DNA of 64,000 nt from Strigamia acuminata (taxonomy: Eukaryota): the NCBI GenBank assembly GCA_949358305.1, contig OX442314.1, forward strand, positions 31,062,001 to 31,126,000, read 5' to 3'. The position numbers were made by a program, and so were the translations under genes. Below the pieces are notes generated by a model. The model searched no databases, was not told the origin of the DNA, and was given only the letters and a program-made list of their open reading frames with translations. This document shows, one piece after another, positions 61,374 to 64,000 of this stretch (position 1 is its first letter; each line of letters begins with the position of its first letter).

Positions 61374-61588
61374 TGTAGTTTTGGTTCGAATATATTTTGG
61401 AGACACAAAGTGAATACGCGTGGCTTTTGGGTGAATATTTTACAGTGATTCATTTAATACAAAACAGATGTGAAAAAGTGCGTAGAGCACCAAATACAAT
61501 ACGAAGCACCGATTGGTTGGTACTAAATACAAGTGCACAGGTGGGAAAGACACCTGGCGGTGAGGAATATGACATTCATAAAACAACA
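61374..61588 (-). repeat. Copia 3' LTR (215 bp)
   Basis: TG..CA termini, PPT AGGGGAAG at 61589-61596; interrupts the duplicated sequence (empty site near 6300). Confidence 0.85.
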
Positions 61589-61722
61589 CTTCCCCTGAAT
61601 GACAATATTCCTGCATTTCTACATTTCAAAAATTAAAACATTTTTCTAAACAATTCTGACATTAAAATATTAAAGTATTCTGTTCCAAACAATTCAAGTA
61701 TTTTAAAAAAAAATATCTTTTC

Positions 61723-64000
61723 TTAAACAATTTCTTTCAACCCAAATTCGGCAATCAACTCTTCGTGTTTCGGCTTGAAAAGCCCCTTGGTCAACACATC
61801 AGCGACCATCTTCTCACTCTGCAGGAACTCTATGTCGATGTCCCCCCGCTCGTATGTTTCTCGAACGAAGTGGTGCCGAATGTCAATGTGTTTGGTCCTG
61901 GAGTGGAAAACTGGGTTTCGCACCAGTTTATGCGCCCCCTGATTGTCGCTATAAATAAGAGTTGTTTCATTAGTTTTGTCGATATATTCAATTTCGTCTA
62001 AGAAATTTCGCAAGTAGATTGCTTCTTTTGACGCGTCGGCCAACGCCATATATTCTGCTTCGGTCGATGACGTAGCGACGGTCTTTTGCTTTTTTGCTTC
62101 CCAGCATATCGTCGCGTTCGCCAGTATAAAGCAGTAGCCGGTGTACGAGCGGCGGTCGTCTAAATTTGCTCCCCAATCCGCATCTGTGTAGCCAATCAGG
62201 TCTTCTCCGGTTCTTTCGAATTTTAGCCCGAGATTTGTTGAGTGTTTCAAATATCTTAGAACACGCTTCGCTGCTGTCCAATGGGTTCCAGTAAAGCACG
62301 TGTTATATTGGCTTAATGCACTGACGGCGTAGGAAATGTCGGGTCGAGTGCAAACAGCGAGGTACATAAGTGATCCGATCAAACTTTGGTACGGGAACTT
62401 CTCCGGATCGAGTAGTTCTTCATTGGTCCCGTCCTCTTTTTTCTTATTTTTCTGCAACTTCTGATTTGCATCGAGTGGAGTTGTGTTTGTCGTGCAGTTT
62501 TGCATTCCAAATCGATTCAGTACGTCCTTCACGTATTTTTTCTGCGTCATCGTGATCGATTTTGTCTTTTCGTCCTGTTTAAACTCGATTCCCAAACAAT
62601 AGTGAATTTTTCCCAGGTCTTTCATTTTGAATTCGCTCTTCAATTTCGATTTTATTGTGTCCATATTTCTTTTGCAATTCGTTGCAATTATGAAGTCATC
62701 CACGTAGATTGCAACAAGCGTGATAACTTCTTCATCCATTTGGTAATACACGCATGGGTCTGCATTTGTTGGCTTCAGTCCGTGCTTTTGCAGCTTCTCG
62801 TCCAGCTTTTTGTACCACTGCCGGCCCGACTGTTTCAATCCGTATAACGCTTTTTTCATTCGGCAAACTTTTCCTTTCTTGATTTTTATTCCGGCAATGA
62901 ACTCCAAAAATTCAGGGAATTCCATAAATATTTCCTCTTCAATTTCGCCATTCAAGTATGCCGTTATGGCGTCCATTTGGTGCACGGTTAGTCCTAGCTC
63001 GGCCGCGATTGCCATTATCATTCGAATTGACCCCGGTCGTGCGACGGGCGCGTAGGTTTCAAAGTAGTCGATGCCTGGCTGCTGTGCATATCCTTTGGCG
63101 ACCAGTCGGGCCTTTCTGCGCTCAATTGATCCATCGGCTTCAAATTTCGTGCGCAAAACCCATCTGCATCCAATTACATTTCGATTTTTCGGGCGATCGC
63201 ATTCTTCCCATGTTTCGTTTTCAATTAAAGCGTCGTACTCTTCCCTCATCGCTTTCATCCATTCCTGCGGGTCATTTCCGTTTAATGCTTCGGTTGCTGT
63301 CGTCGGATCGTCGGGGGTTGCTATTTGTGCAATCTCGTCCAAAATTTCATCAGCGGTTGGCAAGTTCTTTCTGGTGTATTTCTTACTGGGTGGGTCCCCA
63401 TTTCGATTTGGGTAAGGTTTTGGCGTTCTTGCGGATCGTCGTGGTGGCGGTTGCATGTTCTCAATTTGTGGGGTTTCGACTTCCCCTTGCTCTGGCTCCG
63501 ATTCGTTTCCGTTTTCGTTTGCAGTCTCGTTTTCGATGTCGGCGTTGTTTTCGTCGTTCTCGGATGTTTCAAATTCATCTAGGCTGGTTCCGAATTCAAT
63601 GGTGACTTCGTTTTCGTCTTCGTTCGGTTCCACTTCTAATTTCTTGTTTGATTCTTCATCCAATTCTCCGACAAATTTTACGTCTCGACTTTTGATCATT
63701 TTCCGTTCATCTTTTGACCACATTCGATACGCCTTTGATCCCTCCCAATAGCCGACAAAAATGCATTCTTTTGACTTTGGGTCAAATTTCTTTCTTCCTG
63801 GTTTCTTGTCTAGCACAAAAGCTCGACTTCCGAAAATTTTAAAGTGGCCAACGTCCGGTTTCTTTCCAGTTAAAGCTTGATACGGTGTCTCGTTCTCCAA
63901 GCTTCTTGTTGGGCATCTGTTTCGAATGTAGCATGCGGTGTTTATTGCTTCCGCCCAAAATGCACCCGACAATTTCGATTGTATAATCATGCATTGTGCC
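61723..64000 (-). CDS. pol: Ty1/Copia pol (IN C-terminus, RT, RNase H), open to window end
   Basis: FWAEA, KARLVAKG, YVDD, YTDADW and KHIDIR motifs in IN-RT-RH order. Confidence 0.97.
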   Translation of the reverse strand, partial: AQCMIIQSKLSGAFWAEAINTACYIRNRCPTRSLENETPYQALTGKKPDVGHFKIFGSRAFVLDKKPGRKKFDPKSKECIFVGYWEGSKAYRMWSKDERKMIKSRDVKFVGELDEESNKKLEVEPNEDENEVTIEFGTSLDEFETSENDENNADIENETANENGNESEPEQGEVETPQIENMQPPPRRSARTPKPYPNRNGDPPSKKYTRKNLPTADEILDEIAQIATPDDPTTATEALNGNDPQEWMKAMREEYDALIENETWEECDRPKNRNVIGCRWVLRTKFEADGSIERRKARLVAKGYAQQPGIDYFETYAPVARPGSIRMIMAIAAELGLTVHQMDAITAYLNGEIEEEIFMEFPEFLEFIAGIKIKKGKVCRMKKALYGLKQSGRQWYKKLDEKLQKHGLKPTNADPCVYYQMDEEVITLVAIYVDDFIIATNCKRNMDTIKSKLKSEFKMKDLGKIHYCLGIEFKQDEKTKSITMTQKKYVKDVLNRFGMQNCTTNTTPLDANQKLQKNKKKEDGTNEELLDPEKFPYQSLIGSLMYLAVCTRPDISYAVSALSQYNTCFTGTHWTAAKRVLRYLKHSTNLGLKFERTGEDLIGYTDADWGANLDDRRSYTGYCFILANATICWEAKKQKTVATSSTEAEYMALADASKEAIYLRNFLDEIEYIDKTNETTLIYSDNQGAHKLVRNPVFHSRTKHIDIRHHFVRETYERGDIDIEFLQSEKMVADVLTKGLFKPKHEELIAEFGLKEIV

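Overview
Eukaryotic, probably arthropod, DNA (AT-rich, ~60-nt GT-AG introns) made almost entirely of mobile-element sequence. The centre holds two nested, young Ty3/Gypsy LTR retrotransposons. Element A (minus, 21010-48078) has 1075-bp LTRs, a CATG target-site duplication (TSD) and a tRNA-Pro primer-binding site (PBS). It is interrupted in its integrase by element B (plus, 26821-41060), which has 1742-bp LTRs, a TGGG TSD and a tRNA-Gln PBS. Both use an A-AAA-AAC -1 gag-pol frameshift and both carry a large, basic, non-env third ORF; in A this ORF is spliced. The LTR of A contains five covarying TAR-like bulged hairpins, and the LTR of B contains a repeated internal-loop RNA motif. Together these suggest a Tat/TAR- or Rev/RRE-like regulatory system in retrotransposons; this is the top candidate and is an inference. 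The flanks are a patchwork of degraded pieces that nearly all lie on the minus strand: P-element transposase, tyrosine recombinase, CRESS-type Rep, SIM-RING gene, Gypsy and Copia fragments, a partitivirus-like capsid fused to Gypsy pol, small spliced orphan genes, a MITE, a Tc1 foldback derivative and a young Copia. Bases 1-6301 are duplicated at 52598-61373. The strand bias resembles a unistrand piRNA cluster. All alignments and folds were done by eye.
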